Part shown: piece by piece, positions 39,710 to 49,673 of the stretch
Layout of the letters: each line of letters opens with the position of its first letter
Numbering within the stretch: the stretch's first letter is position 1
IMG/VR virus record: IMGVR_UViG_3300027724_000009
Length of the DNA stretch: 64,000 bases
Direction: 5' to 3' (one strand)
Origin: an uncultured virus (IMG/VR IMGVR_UViG_3300027724_000009)
Taxonomy: Duplodnaviria; Heunggongvirae; Uroviricota; Caudoviricetes
Notes under the pieces: generated by a model
What the model was told of the DNA's origin: nothing
Seen by the model: only the letters and a program-made list of their open reading frames with translations
Databases searched by the model: none
Position numbers and translations under genes: made by a program

Positions 39710-40150
39710 ATGGCAATAAATAATCCACAAGGCAACTTTAATTGGCGTTTAGATTTGGACGATGTATCAAACGAACGTTTACAAAACGTACAACTGCCGT
39801 CGGTAGAATGGACGGAGCATAAGCAGGGTACCCAGGGTAACGATCCCGATACGAAAACTCCGGGCAAGAAAATCGTAGGAGATATGACTGCAGAAATGGT
39901 AGTTCCCGATACAGGTGATACCGATTTATGGAACAAGCTGAATAAAGCAAAAACCATGAAGCGTTCGCAGTATTGCGGTAACGGTGTTCTGTATGAATTG
40001 GATGCGAACGGCCAACCGGTGCAGACGCATATTTTGGAGAACGTGTGGATTAAGAAAGTGGAGACCGCTAATTATGAAACGAAAGGAGATAACTCCGATA
40101 ACCTTATACGAACCGTAACTTTCAGCGTAGGCGATACTAACGTACAGTAA
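39710..40150 (+). CDS. Tail tube protein (T4 gp19-like)
   Basis: Follows sheath; KTPGK, ENVWIKK. Confidence 0.85.
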   Translation: MAINNPQGNFNWRLDLDDVSNERLQNVQLPSVEWTEHKQGTQGNDPDTKTPGKKIVGDMTAEMVVPDTGDTDLWNKLNKAKTMKRSQYCGNGVLYELDANGQPVQTHILENVWIKKVETANYETKGDNSDNLIRTVTFSVGDTNVQ

Positions 40151-40176
40151 TACGCAGGAAGTGTTTATTGGTGAAA

Positions 40177-40208
40177 AAGCCTGACTATTTTTATAGTCGG
40201 GTTTTTTT
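40177..40208 (+). terminator. Intrinsic terminator
   Basis: GCCTGACTAT..ATAGTCGGGT plus T tract. Confidence 0.8.
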
Positions 40209-40218
40209 ATTTTATATC

Positions 40219-40510
40219 CTCCACTCAAAAAAAAGAGAGATATAAGATGTAGCCTGAATACCAATGCAGATTTATCGTATTCAGAAATATTAATAAAAAC
40301 TACATAGAGAAAAAATCAGCCTATTTTCAAGCCTGAAAATGGTTTCTTTAAATTCCTTAACATTTTAGTAACAGTTCATAACAGATTGAAATAAGAGTAT
40401 TTACATTTTTATTTTGAAAATAATAGTATTATAATGGTGTGGGATATTGCACAAAGCAAATATCCTGCATAGATTTACACTATCAAATTAAAACAACAAC
40501 AAAAATAAAC
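40219..40510 (+). repeat. Island-leading regulatory element, copy 2
   Basis: Similar to 27095-27374. Confidence 0.85.
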
Positions 40511-40620
40511 GACATGACAACAAAGGAAGTATTTGAAGCATAAGCGAATACACGCCACAAATCGAAGTAACACAGGAAACAGATAAAAATCAATTACAAT
40601 TATTTTAAAAAATAAACACC

Positions 40621-40845
40621 ATGCAAACACCACCATCACAAGAAGTACAAACAGCCATTAATGAAAATAACAAAGTTTTAGACTTTATTAAAACATGGCA
40701 AAGTAAAAATGAATACAACCCTAAATTTTTAGATGAATTTAACGCAAAGTTTAACGCAGAATTTAACGACTTTCTGAAAGCGGGAAACTTTACAGCAGAA
40801 ACAATTAAATTCTTTATTTATAAACCCGATTTAATCACAAAGTAA
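40621..40845 (+). CDS. Hypothetical protein (island 2)
   Basis: A-rich ORF with leader. Confidence 0.55.
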   Translation: MQTPPSQEVQTAINENNKVLDFIKTWQSKNEYNPKFLDEFNAKFNAEFNDFLKAGNFTAETIKFFIYKPDLITK

Positions 40846-40855
40846 AAATAATAAA

Positions 40856-41149
40856 ATGAATACAGCAACAGCAACCACAGCACAAGAAATAAATTTAATT
40901 TCTTACAACATACACGGGCAGAAATTAAGAGAAGGAATAATAAAAATTGACTTTGAAAAAGAAAAAGTAATATTTCCAAGTGGTAAAGAATACAGTGTTA
41001 TAAATGATTATGAATTTACATACAAGATTTTAAAAGGAACAATAAAGGCAGCCGGAGGAATAAACGGACTAAGTAAATTCTTTAATGAAATAAACAGACA
41101 AGACAGTCCATTTAACCCATGTTATACAAATTTATTTATAGAATTATAA
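40856..41149 (+). CDS. Hypothetical protein (island 2)
   Basis: ORF. Confidence 0.55.
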   Translation: MNTATATTAQEINLISYNIHGQKLREGIIKIDFEKEKVIFPSGKEYSVINDYEFTYKILKGTIKAAGGINGLSKFFNEINRQDSPFNPCYTNLFIEL

Positions 41150-41213
41150 ACATCAATTTTTAACTCCACAGCATAAAGCAGGAAAAATTAACTAACAAAC
41201 TAAAAAAGATTTT

Positions 41214-41513
41214 ATGAATAACTACAACTCAATTAAAGCTAAAATACAAAATGAAGGATGCTATATTGAAGCAGAAACGTATAAAAATGGAGTAACAATA
41301 CACTCTTTAATAAAAAGAGAAGATGAAACTACCAAAACCATATTTTGTGAAATTGCAGCTAACATAGCGAAAATGTTGGAAAAAGAAACAGGAAAGGCAA
41401 TAACACACAAAGAAGGATTAACCGTAGCATTAAATTTTAATCCAGTTCCGGTAAAGCATAACATGGTAAGAACATTCCATTATAACGACACAGAAGAAAA
41501 ACTATTTAATTAA
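41214..41513 (+). CDS. Hypothetical protein (island 2)
   Basis: ORF. Confidence 0.55.
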   Translation: MNNYNSIKAKIQNEGCYIEAETYKNGVTIHSLIKREDETTKTIFCEIAANIAKMLEKETGKAITHKEGLTVALNFNPVPVKHNMVRTFHYNDTEEKLFN

Positions 41514-41549
41514 CCAAACTATTTTAATCAAATCACTAAAAAATTACTT

Positions 41550-41903
41550 ATGTTATCACATACTATCAAAAAAACGGCAAAAAAGTTATTCAGCGGCAAA
41601 TATAAAGGGTTATTTATGTTATTGGAAATTAACCAGCACGCAATATCTTTTAAAAACGTTAACGGCGTTGTTTTCTCTTATCAATCCGGACCTGATATTG
41701 AAAACTTTTTTAATTTATTTCCTGGTTGTGGTTTTTTAAGTGCTGGATATGTGAAAGAAGGAACCGTATATGGACCTACTTTTAAAAGTGAATATAACAC
41801 TTGTGGTCTTATAGATACGGCAGAATATACTGCTTTTTATCAGCAAGCAACCGACAACCCAGACTTTATAAAAAGAACCGCTTTACAAATCACATTAAAC
41901 TAA
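41550..41903 (+). CDS. Hypothetical protein (island 2)
   Basis: ORF. Confidence 0.55.
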   Translation: MLSHTIKKTAKKLFSGKYKGLFMLLEINQHAISFKNVNGVVFSYQSGPDIENFFNLFPGCGFLSAGYVKEGTVYGPTFKSEYNTCGLIDTAEYTAFYQQATDNPDFIKRTALQITLN

Positions 41904-41908
41904 ACAAG

Positions 41909-42070
41909 ATGCAGAACACAGCAGAAAAATATAAAATCGTGCTATTAACTACACAAGGACTAAAAACGGAAATATACAGCACCAGCACGCCGTTAGAAGA
42001 TTTTACCGCCGAAATGGTGAAAAAGTACGGAACATTCACAACCTACACAAGCAATTTAATAACAAACTAA
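41909..42070 (+). CDS. Hypothetical protein (island 2)
   Basis: ORF from internal ATG. Confidence 0.5.
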   Translation: MQNTAEKYKIVLLTTQGLKTEIYSTSTPLEDFTAEMVKKYGTFTTYTSNLITN

Positions 42071-42080
42071 AAACTATTTT

Positions 42081-42269
42081 ATGAAAAAGGAATTAAAACA
42101 GGCGATTATCAATTTCATTTTTGAGAATGAGAAAGATTTTCAATTAAACAACAGAACTTCAAACGAATTTTCGGCTTATATGTACGATTCAAGCGGGAAC
42201 TATCTAATCGGTGGTGAAGATGTAGCAAGGTTTATTCGTGATGCGATAAAACTATTAACCGAACAGTAA
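42081..42269 (+). CDS. Hypothetical protein (island 2)
   Basis: ORF. Confidence 0.55.
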   Translation: MKKELKQAIINFIFENEKDFQLNNRTSNEFSAYMYDSSGNYLIGGEDVARFIRDAIKLLTEQ

Positions 42270-42336
42270 AAACAAAACACATTTCAACGAATCCGCAAGG
42301 CAGTAACGGAATTTTTAACAATCTAAATTTAAGAAA

Positions 42337-42558
42337 ATGAAAATCAAAAAATTTGACTACTCACAAAGCACGGAGGATATTTTCTATAAGATAATATATC
42401 CGATCTATGCAACTCAATTTCTTTATGGAGATAACTATGAAAACTTTGCGTTCCTGGTATCAGCAAATTTCATACTCAACAACACGCAATGGGAAATAAT
42501 ATTGGAACATTGGGAAGAAAAGGAAAGTATTTTAAAAATTTCACATACAAATATTTAA
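42337..42558 (+). CDS. Hypothetical protein (island 2)
   Basis: ORF. Confidence 0.5.
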   Translation: MKIKKFDYSQSTEDIFYKIIYPIYATQFLYGDNYENFAFLVSANFILNNTQWEIILEHWEEKESILKISHTNI

Positions 42559-42561
42559 GAC

Positions 42562-42720
42562 ATGAAAATCAAAGACTTTATAAAGGTATTCGGAGAAAGT
42601 GGACACAGCGCACGATTTGAAGGATGCACAGCCAAAAACGGAGATAAGGCAACCGGAGAATATAAAGTGGAAGCAAATGAAGTCCTATACACATACACCG
42701 ATAAAAAAGAGAGGACGTAA
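42562..42720 (+). CDS. 52-aa hypothetical protein (MKIKDFIKVFG...)
   Basis: Read manually. Confidence 0.45.
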   Translation: MKIKDFIKVFGESGHSARFEGCTAKNGDKATGEYKVEANEVLYTYTDKKERT

Positions 42721-42819
42721 GACGGTTGCTGAATTATCACAGTTGAACTAAAAAGTATTAAATTTCGGGTGTGCAAGAGTGCACACTCGAAATATTTTTC
42801 TAACTTTAAATAAAAAATC

Positions 42820-43290
42820 ATGTACGGATTAAAAGCAACAACGAAATCAAATTACTGTTTAGTTATGGTATGGCAGAAAGATAGTTTGGACAATAATCGT
42901 CATATCTTACTGCACCTGGCACCCGAATTAAGAGCGAAGCTACAAGTAGCATTCTCTATAATCGACGGAGCACCGGTATTCAATCCGAATATCGATAAAT
43001 CAAATCTGCAGTTTACAGATATAGGGTTTGATATTACTAAACACGTCAAACTGATAGGCAATTTAATAGACGGTAGTACGGATGCCATTGACGAAATGTT
43101 TACCGAAAGCGACAAAATTCTATTCGTAGAAAAGGTCGATACCTCTGAATTTGCAGAGTATTTCACAGAAGTTCGTCAGGCAATATTGCACCTGAAAGAC
43201 GAATTATTTTCGATAGAAATTATCGGAGTAAATGAGGAGCATGATTTGTGGTTAGCGGATGCTATTGAAACAAAATTTATAAAACACTAA
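42820..43290 (+). CDS. Hypothetical protein
   Basis: ORF. Confidence 0.6.
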   Translation: MYGLKATTKSNYCLVMVWQKDSLDNNRHILLHLAPELRAKLQVAFSIIDGAPVFNPNIDKSNLQFTDIGFDITKHVKLIGNLIDGSTDAIDEMFTESDKILFVEKVDTSEFAEYFTEVRQAILHLKDELFSIEIIGVNEEHDLWLADAIETKFIKH

Positions 43291-43301
43291 AATTAGCAAC
43301 A

Positions 43302-43685
43302 ATGAAAGCAGTATTAAGTCAACAAAACGGTAGCAGTATGCATTCATACCACAATACAACAGGTATGCAAAAACCGGAGTTAAAAGCAGCCGAACAAAAG
43401 GCACAAAAACAGGACGTTCTCGTACTTCAGGTATTCAAGGACAACCGATTGAAAGACTTTACGCCATGCGAGGTGTATGAGTACATGATAAAAAAGGGTG
43501 TGATTAGCCGTAAGGTTCCTATCACTTCTATACGCAGAGCAATCAGCAATCTTACTGCAACAGGTAAGGAAGATTTAGAGAAACTGCCAGGCAAACGTGA
43601 GGGAGCATACGGCCAACCAAACAGGACGTGGAGGCTGAACAGAGTGAAATATAACGTCGCTGAACAAATGGAAATGTTTAATTAA
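43302..43685 (+). CDS. Winged-helix DNA-binding protein
   Basis: FTPCEVY...PITSIRRAISNLT..G. Confidence 0.65.
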   Translation: MKAVLSQQNGSSMHSYHNTTGMQKPELKAAEQKAQKQDVLVLQVFKDNRLKDFTPCEVYEYMIKKGVISRKVPITSIRRAISNLTATGKEDLEKLPGKREGAYGQPNRTWRLNRVKYNVAEQMEMFN

Positions 43686-43690
43686 GAGTT

Positions 43691-43954
43691 ATGGAAAAGA
43701 GCAAAAAAAACAGTCACATGATGAATGCAGAAACGTGGAGAGCGTATATGTATATGAAAGTGACGTTAGAAAATATATATAGCGGAAAGTACCCTAATGG
43801 CGTTAAATTTAAGCCAAAAGATTATGAGGATGCTAAAGAACAAGTGGAATTATGTACGCAGGTTCTTATGGACCACAATGTAGATTTACCGATATATGAG
43901 GCACCGGTTTTTGAGCCGGTTGCAGGTTCACAGTTGGATTTGTTTATGGTATAA
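43691..43954 (+). CDS. Hypothetical protein with C-terminal QLDLF
   Basis: GSQLDLFMV. Confidence 0.55.
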   Translation: MEKSKKNSHMMNAETWRAYMYMKVTLENIYSGKYPNGVKFKPKDYEDAKEQVELCTQVLMDHNVDLPIYEAPVFEPVAGSQLDLFMV

Positions 43955-44034
43955 AAATATAATATTTGCAGAAATGCAAACTTATAAAGATATGTGTTTG
44001 ACTTGCTGACAGACATATTGTTTTTTAAGTGTTT

Positions 44035-44062
44035 AGAGAGGTGTTCGCATCTCTCTTTTTTT
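44035..44062 (+). terminator. Intrinsic terminator closing island 2
   Basis: AGAGAGGTG-TTCG-CATCTCTCT plus T tract. Confidence 0.85.
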
Positions 44063-44104
44063 TGTTTATATTTGATATTATTCACCAATGAAAAATTTAT
44101 AATT

Positions 44105-45001
44105 ATGTCTAATGTTTTTGGAAATCGTAAACGTGGTACACACGTAATTCCCTCCGGTGTGGAGGTTGAACTGCAATCCCTAAGAGGTAAGCACCAAGAG
44201 GATATTTCGATTAATGACGAGGCTAAACGTCGTGATGCAATCGATACTATGTTGCTTGAATGCGTTACCAGGATTGGAAGTAATTCAAGTCCTAATTTAA
44301 AGGATATTCAGAACCTGTTGTCTGAAGACAGAAAGGAAATGCTTATGGCGCTCCGTCAGTTGTCGAACGGATTTAATCCGACGTTCACTTTTAAGTATGA
44401 GTTTCCGACTCAAAACAGTAAAAGACTAGAGCAAACGTATGAAGTTATTTTCGACAAAGAGGACTTTCCTAAAAAACCGTATGAATGGACGTTAAAAGCT
44501 ATGGAAATTTCGTACAAAGAGGAGCGTGGAATACCTGAACAAGACGAACTGAATAACGAGCAAAAAAACGAAGTTATGCAGTTACCGTTCCCGGTATTAT
44601 TCGAGGATTACAATGAAATGCTGAAGTTGTATAAAAAGCAAACATTAAAACTGCCTGAAAGCGGTGTTACAGTAGTTTACAACCTGTTGGACGGTAAGAC
44701 TGAAAACAACTATGGCAAAACATTGAAGTCCAATAAAATAAGTTCCCACACGTATATCGTGATGCGTGACGCAAAGTATTTAGATCCCGACAAGTTGGAG
44801 CAAGGCAAGGAGATACCAATTATCTTGCCATTGGGAGAACTGTCGATTGTTGATATAGAGTTCTTACGTGGTGAAATGAGAAAGGTGGAGGCCGATATTC
44901 ATACTACTGTGGTGGTACAATACAAAGGCGATGCATCTATACAGGCGCAGGTAAATCTGATAGCTACTCCGGCTTTTTTCTTCCCCAGCTTGGCACTTTA
45001 A
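44105..45001 (+). CDS. Tail assembly chaperone
   Basis: Upstream of TMP; IPSG, EDRKEMLMALR, terminal FFFP. Confidence 0.7.
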   Translation: MSNVFGNRKRGTHVIPSGVEVELQSLRGKHQEDISINDEAKRRDAIDTMLLECVTRIGSNSSPNLKDIQNLLSEDRKEMLMALRQLSNGFNPTFTFKYEFPTQNSKRLEQTYEVIFDKEDFPKKPYEWTLKAMEISYKEERGIPEQDELNNEQKNEVMQLPFPVLFEDYNEMLKLYKKQTLKLPESGVTVVYNLLDGKTENNYGKTLKSNKISSHTYIVMRDAKYLDPDKLEQGKEIPIILPLGELSIVDIEFLRGEMRKVEADIHTTVVVQYKGDASIQAQVNLIATPAFFFPSLAL

Positions 45002-45186
45002 AAGGGTACGAGTTGGGATTCCGGGTTATGGATGCGTGGTTCGATTTAAGTTATGGAGGACTGTCAATTTCACTCGAAGAATTATATGCAATGCCATACG
45101 ATAATATTTACTCGCTTTTAATGCGTATGGACATTCAGAAAAAACATGAAAAAGCGGAAATGGATAAAGCAAAACACAAAAAGTAA
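44974..45186 (+). CDS. -1 frameshift extension of chaperone (gpGT-like; own ATG at 45028)
   Basis: Slippery T-TTT-TTC at 44974-44980; -1 frame open to TAA at 45186. Confidence 0.65.
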   Translation, partial: FFLPQLGTLKGYELGFRVMDAWFDLSYGGLSISLEELYAMPYDNIYSLLMRMDIQKKHEKAEMDKAKHKK

Positions 45187-45190
45187 AAGT

Positions 45191-47644
45191 ATGATATTCG
45201 GAGGAGGTAGCGTAGGTGGTGGTGCAATCGGAACAGGGATTGTATTCACGTTGTACGACCAATTTAGTGCAACATCTGATAAGATTGCCACAAAGTTCAA
45301 AACTTTGGAGGGTATATCTGAACAAGCAGCAAACAAAATTGACAGTAGTTTATCGAAAATGAAACTTGGTTTTGCTTCAATGGTAGTAGGTGCAGGTATA
45401 TTAGCAACTTTGGCATTTCCTATTGATAAAGCAGCAGAATTTGAACAAGGACTTTCCGCAATAAAAGCGGTATCAGGTGCTACCAATGCAGAAATGAAAA
45501 TACTTAGTGATTTATCACTCGAAATGGGTAAGAAAACAAAGTATTCTGCATTAGAATCAGCACAGGGTATTGAGGAGTTAATTAAAGCAGGTGTTTCCTT
45601 GAAAGATGTTGTAAACGGAGGTATAGAGGGTGCATTGAATTTAGCGGCCGCAGGTGAAATAGAAGTCGCAGATGCAGCCGAAATTGCTTCTATGGCATTA
45701 AATGCATTTAGGAATGATGCGCTAACAGTAACGAAAGCGGCTGACATCTTAGCAGGAGCGGCCAATGCTTCTGCAACCGATATCAGTGGCCTGAAAATGG
45801 GTTTATCACAAGCATCTGCAGTTGCATCCGGTTTTAAAATGACGTTTCTTGATACGAGTACGGCATTAGCAGTATTTGCACAGAATGGTTTGAAAGGTTC
45901 AGACGGTGGTACCTCTTTAAAAAATATGTTGCTGAATTTAATACCGACAACAAAGGCACAGATTGAACTTTCCAAAAAATTAGGATTAGTTACTGCAGAC
46001 GGTGCGAATGCATTTTTTGATAGTACCGGTAAGATGAAAGATTTAGCCGGTATCTCCGATGTATTGCAAAAATCATTTAGTGGATTAACCGATGAGCAGA
46101 GAGCATCTGCAATGGTAACTTTATTTGGTACCGATGCAATCAGAGCATCAAATATCCTGTATAAAGAGGGTGCGAAAGGCGTGAATGATATGCAACAAGC
46201 CATGACAAAGTTTACTGCATTGAGTGTTGCAACGGAGCGTATGAATAACCTAAAAGGAGCAACAGAGCAGATGAAAGGTTCGTTTGAAACGATGATGATA
46301 GTAATAGGTTCAGGATTTACAAAGCCGTTATCTTTGCTCGTAAAAGGTTTCCAATTTTTGTTCGATATTGTTACATCTTTGGCAAGTACAAAACTCGGTA
46401 AGGTATTACTCATCACGTTTGGAATTATAGGAGCAGGTGCATTGGTATTAGGTGCGTTTGTATTAGTGACAAATTTAGCCACGTTTGCATCCGGCCAACT
46501 CGCATTGGCATTCGCATCTTTGGGTAAGACTGCCATTGCAACTGCATTCGCTGAACAGGGATTGATTGCAGGTACTAAAGCGTTGACGGCATCACTCCTG
46601 CCATTGATTTGGGAGTTCCTGCCAATTATAGTTGCAGTAGCATCCGTTATCTATCTGTTTTACAGAATGAAAAAAGGGTTTGAGGACTTCAATGCTATGG
46701 CCGACGGTACAGGTAAAAAGCTATCAGGTATCTCCGGTGTATTCCAAAAAATCGGTGGTGTAATTCAGGCGTTCATGGAAATTTGGAGTAGTGCTACCGA
46801 CGACGGATTTACGTTCTCTGATAACACGTATAAGGCTTTAAAGAACATGGGTATCTATGAGTTTGCAGTCAACATGGGTGTAGCATTCGGTTACATTCGC
46901 CAGGGTTTCCAAATGTTGGGTAAAGTGGCATCTGCAATATGGAACGTACTTCAGCCGATCTTTGGTTCAATAGGAAATCTGATTGGAACGGTGGCAATTA
47001 TTATCGGTGTGGTATTGGTAGGTGCAGTAATAGCATGGACGGCTTCAATGATAGGAGCGGCCATTGCTACATTGGCGGCCACATGGCCTATTTTACTGAT
47101 TATCGGAATAATCATTGCACTCGTTTACGTTATTCAAAATTTCGGTAAAATTTGGGATTGGGTGGTAGAAAAATTCAAAGCAGGTTGGCATTCAATGGTG
47201 GAGGCAGGAAAGTCTATTTTTATGGAGTTCATAGTTTGGTTGGGTGGATTAGGCATACAGTTCTTTAATTGGGGAGTTTCACTTGTGCAGAGCATCGGTG
47301 ACGGTATTATTTCAGCGTGGGAATGGTTGAAAGGTGAAATGCTTTCCCTGATTGCCGATTTACCCGGAGGTAAGATTTTACTTTCAGCATTGGGTATTGA
47401 TGTTCCTGAAGCAAACGGCACCGGTAATGGTGGAAATGTTAGTGGACCAACTCCGTTAACCACTCCGTCTGCAATAGGCACCACTATTGCTCAACAGAAA
47501 AGTGTTCGTGGTGAGAATACTAATTCATTCACTCAAACAGTTGAGAAAAAAGAAACGTTACAAACGGTTAAATTGCAGATTGACGGCAGGGAATTAAAAA
47601 CTGCATTGGATAAGGTTGATAAAGAACAAAATTCTCGAAAATAA
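45191..47644 (+). CDS. Tape measure protein (TP901-type core)
   Basis: FEQGLSAIKAVSGAT, ADILAGAANAS, GLKGSDGGTSL; hydrophobic repeats. Confidence 0.92.
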   Translation: MIFGGGSVGGGAIGTGIVFTLYDQFSATSDKIATKFKTLEGISEQAANKIDSSLSKMKLGFASMVVGAGILATLAFPIDKAAEFEQGLSAIKAVSGATNAEMKILSDLSLEMGKKTKYSALESAQGIEELIKAGVSLKDVVNGGIEGALNLAAAGEIEVADAAEIASMALNAFRNDALTVTKAADILAGAANASATDISGLKMGLSQASAVASGFKMTFLDTSTALAVFAQNGLKGSDGGTSLKNMLLNLIPTTKAQIELSKKLGLVTADGANAFFDSTGKMKDLAGISDVLQKSFSGLTDEQRASAMVTLFGTDAIRASNILYKEGAKGVNDMQQAMTKFTALSVATERMNNLKGATEQMKGSFETMMIVIGSGFTKPLSLLVKGFQFLFDIVTSLASTKLGKVLLITFGIIGAGALVLGAFVLVTNLATFASGQLALAFASLGKTAIATAFAEQGLIAGTKALTASLLPLIWEFLPIIVAVASVIYLFYRMKKGFEDFNAMADGTGKKLSGISGVFQKIGGVIQAFMEIWSSATDDGFTFSDNTYKALKNMGIYEFAVNMGVAFGYIRQGFQMLGKVASAIWNVLQPIFGSIGNLIGTVAIIIGVVLVGAVIAWTASMIGAAIATLAATWPILLIIGIIIALVYVIQNFGKIWDWVVEKFKAGWHSMVEAGKSIFMEFIVWLGGLGIQFFNWGVSLVQSIGDGIISAWEWLKGEMLSLIADLPGGKILLSALGIDVPEANGTGNGGNVSGPTPLTTPSAIGTTIAQQKSVRGENTNSFTQTVEKKETLQTVKLQIDGRELKTALDKVDKEQNSRK

Positions 47645-48126
47645 TGCAGTACAATTTCAATACAACAAAGAGTGAATTATACATTGTGGAATTACGGCCT
47701 CCGTTCCAAAGGTGTATGATACAATTCGTGCCTGAAAATATCAGTAATCCGAGGAAAGCAAATCTGCAGGACGTGGTAATCGTAGGCCGTAATAATGAAA
47801 TGATGCAGTATGTGAGCGGTAGTGAAAATATGACATTGAATTTAGACTTTTACAGTGACGACGTTGAAAGGAAAGATGTGATTAAAACGATAAATTGGCT
47901 GAAATCATTGACATATAACGACGGAGCACCTGGTAGTTACCGGAATGTTAGAGTGATATTCGGAGAACTGTTTAAGAACGACGTTTGGGTAATTGATTCC
48001 GTAGATCCCGACATGAGTATATTTGATGCTGAAAATGGTTGGTTGCCTGTAATGGCAAAAGTAAAAGTGAGTTTCAAATTAGATACGCAAAGAAATATTA
48101 ATTTAAACGATGTAAGAGATAGATAA
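47644..48126 (+). CDS. Baseplate hub/tube initiator protein
   Basis: Synteny; QFVPE, QYVSG. Confidence 0.65.
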   Translation: MQYNFNTTKSELYIVELRPPFQRCMIQFVPENISNPRKANLQDVVIVGRNNEMMQYVSGSENMTLNLDFYSDDVERKDVIKTINWLKSLTYNDGAPGSYRNVRVIFGELFKNDVWVIDSVDPDMSIFDAENGWLPVMAKVKVSFKLDTQRNINLNDVRDR

Positions 48127-48444
48127 ATGGCAGGTTTATATTTACACGATTTTGACTTATACAGTAATGGCCGGATAATAGTTCTGCCAAGTGGTAATAA
48201 ATTGCTGAAACGTGATAAAATAAAGTATTCTCCACAAGAGCCTGATATTTACCATACAGTAGTTGCAGGAGATACACTTACATTTTTAGCATGGAAATTT
48301 TACAGTAGATTTACTTCAGATGCTCCTAAGTATTGGAAATACATAGCAGACGTTAACAACATCAAAAATCCTCTCGATATCCGGCAGTACATAGGTAAGA
48401 ATATTGTAATACCGAATTTTGCATTGATTAAATTAAGCGAATAA
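48127..48444 (+). CDS. LysM-domain baseplate protein (gpX-like)
   Basis: HTVVAGDTL..LAWKFY...WKYIADVN.I.NP. Confidence 0.85.
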   Translation: MAGLYLHDFDLYSNGRIIVLPSGNKLLKRDKIKYSPQEPDIYHTVVAGDTLTFLAWKFYSRFTSDAPKYWKYIADVNNIKNPLDIRQYIGKNIVIPNFALIKLSE

Positions 48445-49673
48445 TGGCAAGCAGTCCATATTACATAATCCAGATAAAAGAAAGTGGCAGGAACATAACG
48501 AACTATGTTACAAATCTGCATTATGAGGATTGCATCAAAGAGGATGATTTGGTAGAGTTGAAAATTGACGGAGCCACATTAGAATTGATTGATAGCGATG
48601 ATTTTATTGTCGGTAATCATGTGATATACAGTTTCGGATTAGGTGAGCGTGTGCAGTCCGGCCAAAGGTTGGCAGTGATTAAAGATATAGACGTGGATTA
48701 TGCCAAAACAATTTCCATGACGATAAAATGTAGAGATACAGGCTTCTACATGAAAAAGGAAACGTCGAATAAAGTTTACACGAATAAAACGAGTTCACAA
48801 ATAGTGAGCGATATCTGCAATTTATACGGATATGTGCCAAATATTGACGAAAGTACATTTGTTCATAAGAGCATATCACAGGGAAATAAAACGTTTCACC
48901 AATTCTGCAATGAGTTAGCTAAAAAAGAGGGAAGTAATGGTAAGGACGGAAGTTTTGAATTTTACGTTCGTGGTAATGAATTATACTTTCAGAAACGTAA
49001 CCTGAAGAAAGATAGTAAGCGACTGTTTACCTATGGTGACGGTAATGATATTGTAAAGTATTTCAATCCGTCATACAGTCAGGAAAATGAGGGAAAATCT
49101 GATTCCGTTACCGTTGCAGGTATAGACAAAGAAACAGGTGAGCAGTTTACATCTAAAGCTGGTAGTAAAAGCAATCCCGAAACTGCATTAGGTAAAGTTC
49201 AGCATTCATTCGATTGGAAAGGTAAGGAGGTTGGTATAAGCAATCCTGCACCTATTGGTGAAGTAATAACTACCGGTAAAAATATTGCCGTTCCGGTAGA
49301 TGATAAAGTAGCTGCAGATAAAATAACTTCAGCATCACAAAAAGATGCAAATAAATCACAGTTGCAAATGGAAATGGGTATAGACCTGGACCCGACAATT
49401 AATGCAGGTGATATTATTACCGTATCAGGAGTAGCAAAAAAACATTCCGGTAATTGGTATGTAACAAAAGTGGTGCATCAAATTGGTAGTGGTGCAAGTA
49501 CCGTCATAAGTGCCGATAAAAACGCATCAAATAAATCATTGACTAATAATACTGCCAAAACGAGTACAAACACAAGCCAAAACAATGATGTGAATGAAAC
49601 AAAAGGCAAAAACAGTCAGGAACAGGTAAAGAAAATTCATAGTTATAATTGGGAGGGTAAAGAAAAAAAATAA
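48444..49673 (+). CDS. Baseplate hub (P2 gpD/late control D-like)
   Basis: Synteny; SGNWYVTKVVH. Confidence 0.8.
   Translation: MASSPYYIIQIKESGRNITNYVTNLHYEDCIKEDDLVELKIDGATLELIDSDDFIVGNHVIYSFGLGERVQSGQRLAVIKDIDVDYAKTISMTIKCRDTGFYMKKETSNKVYTNKTSSQIVSDICNLYGYVPNIDESTFVHKSISQGNKTFHQFCNELAKKEGSNGKDGSFEFYVRGNELYFQKRNLKKDSKRLFTYGDGNDIVKYFNPSYSQENEGKSDSVTVAGIDKETGEQFTSKAGSKSNPETALGKVQHSFDWKGKEVGISNPAPIGEVITTGKNIAVPVDDKVAADKITSASQKDANKSQLQMEMGIDLDPTINAGDIITVSGVAKKHSGNWYVTKVVHQIGSGASTVISADKNASNKSLTNNTAKTSTNTSQNNDVNETKGKNSQEQVKKIHSYNWEGKEKK

Noticed and set aside
45118..46536. 472-aa minus-strand ORF and the other minus-strand ORFs
   Set aside because: Antisense shadows of well-supported + strand genes; no recognisable motifs
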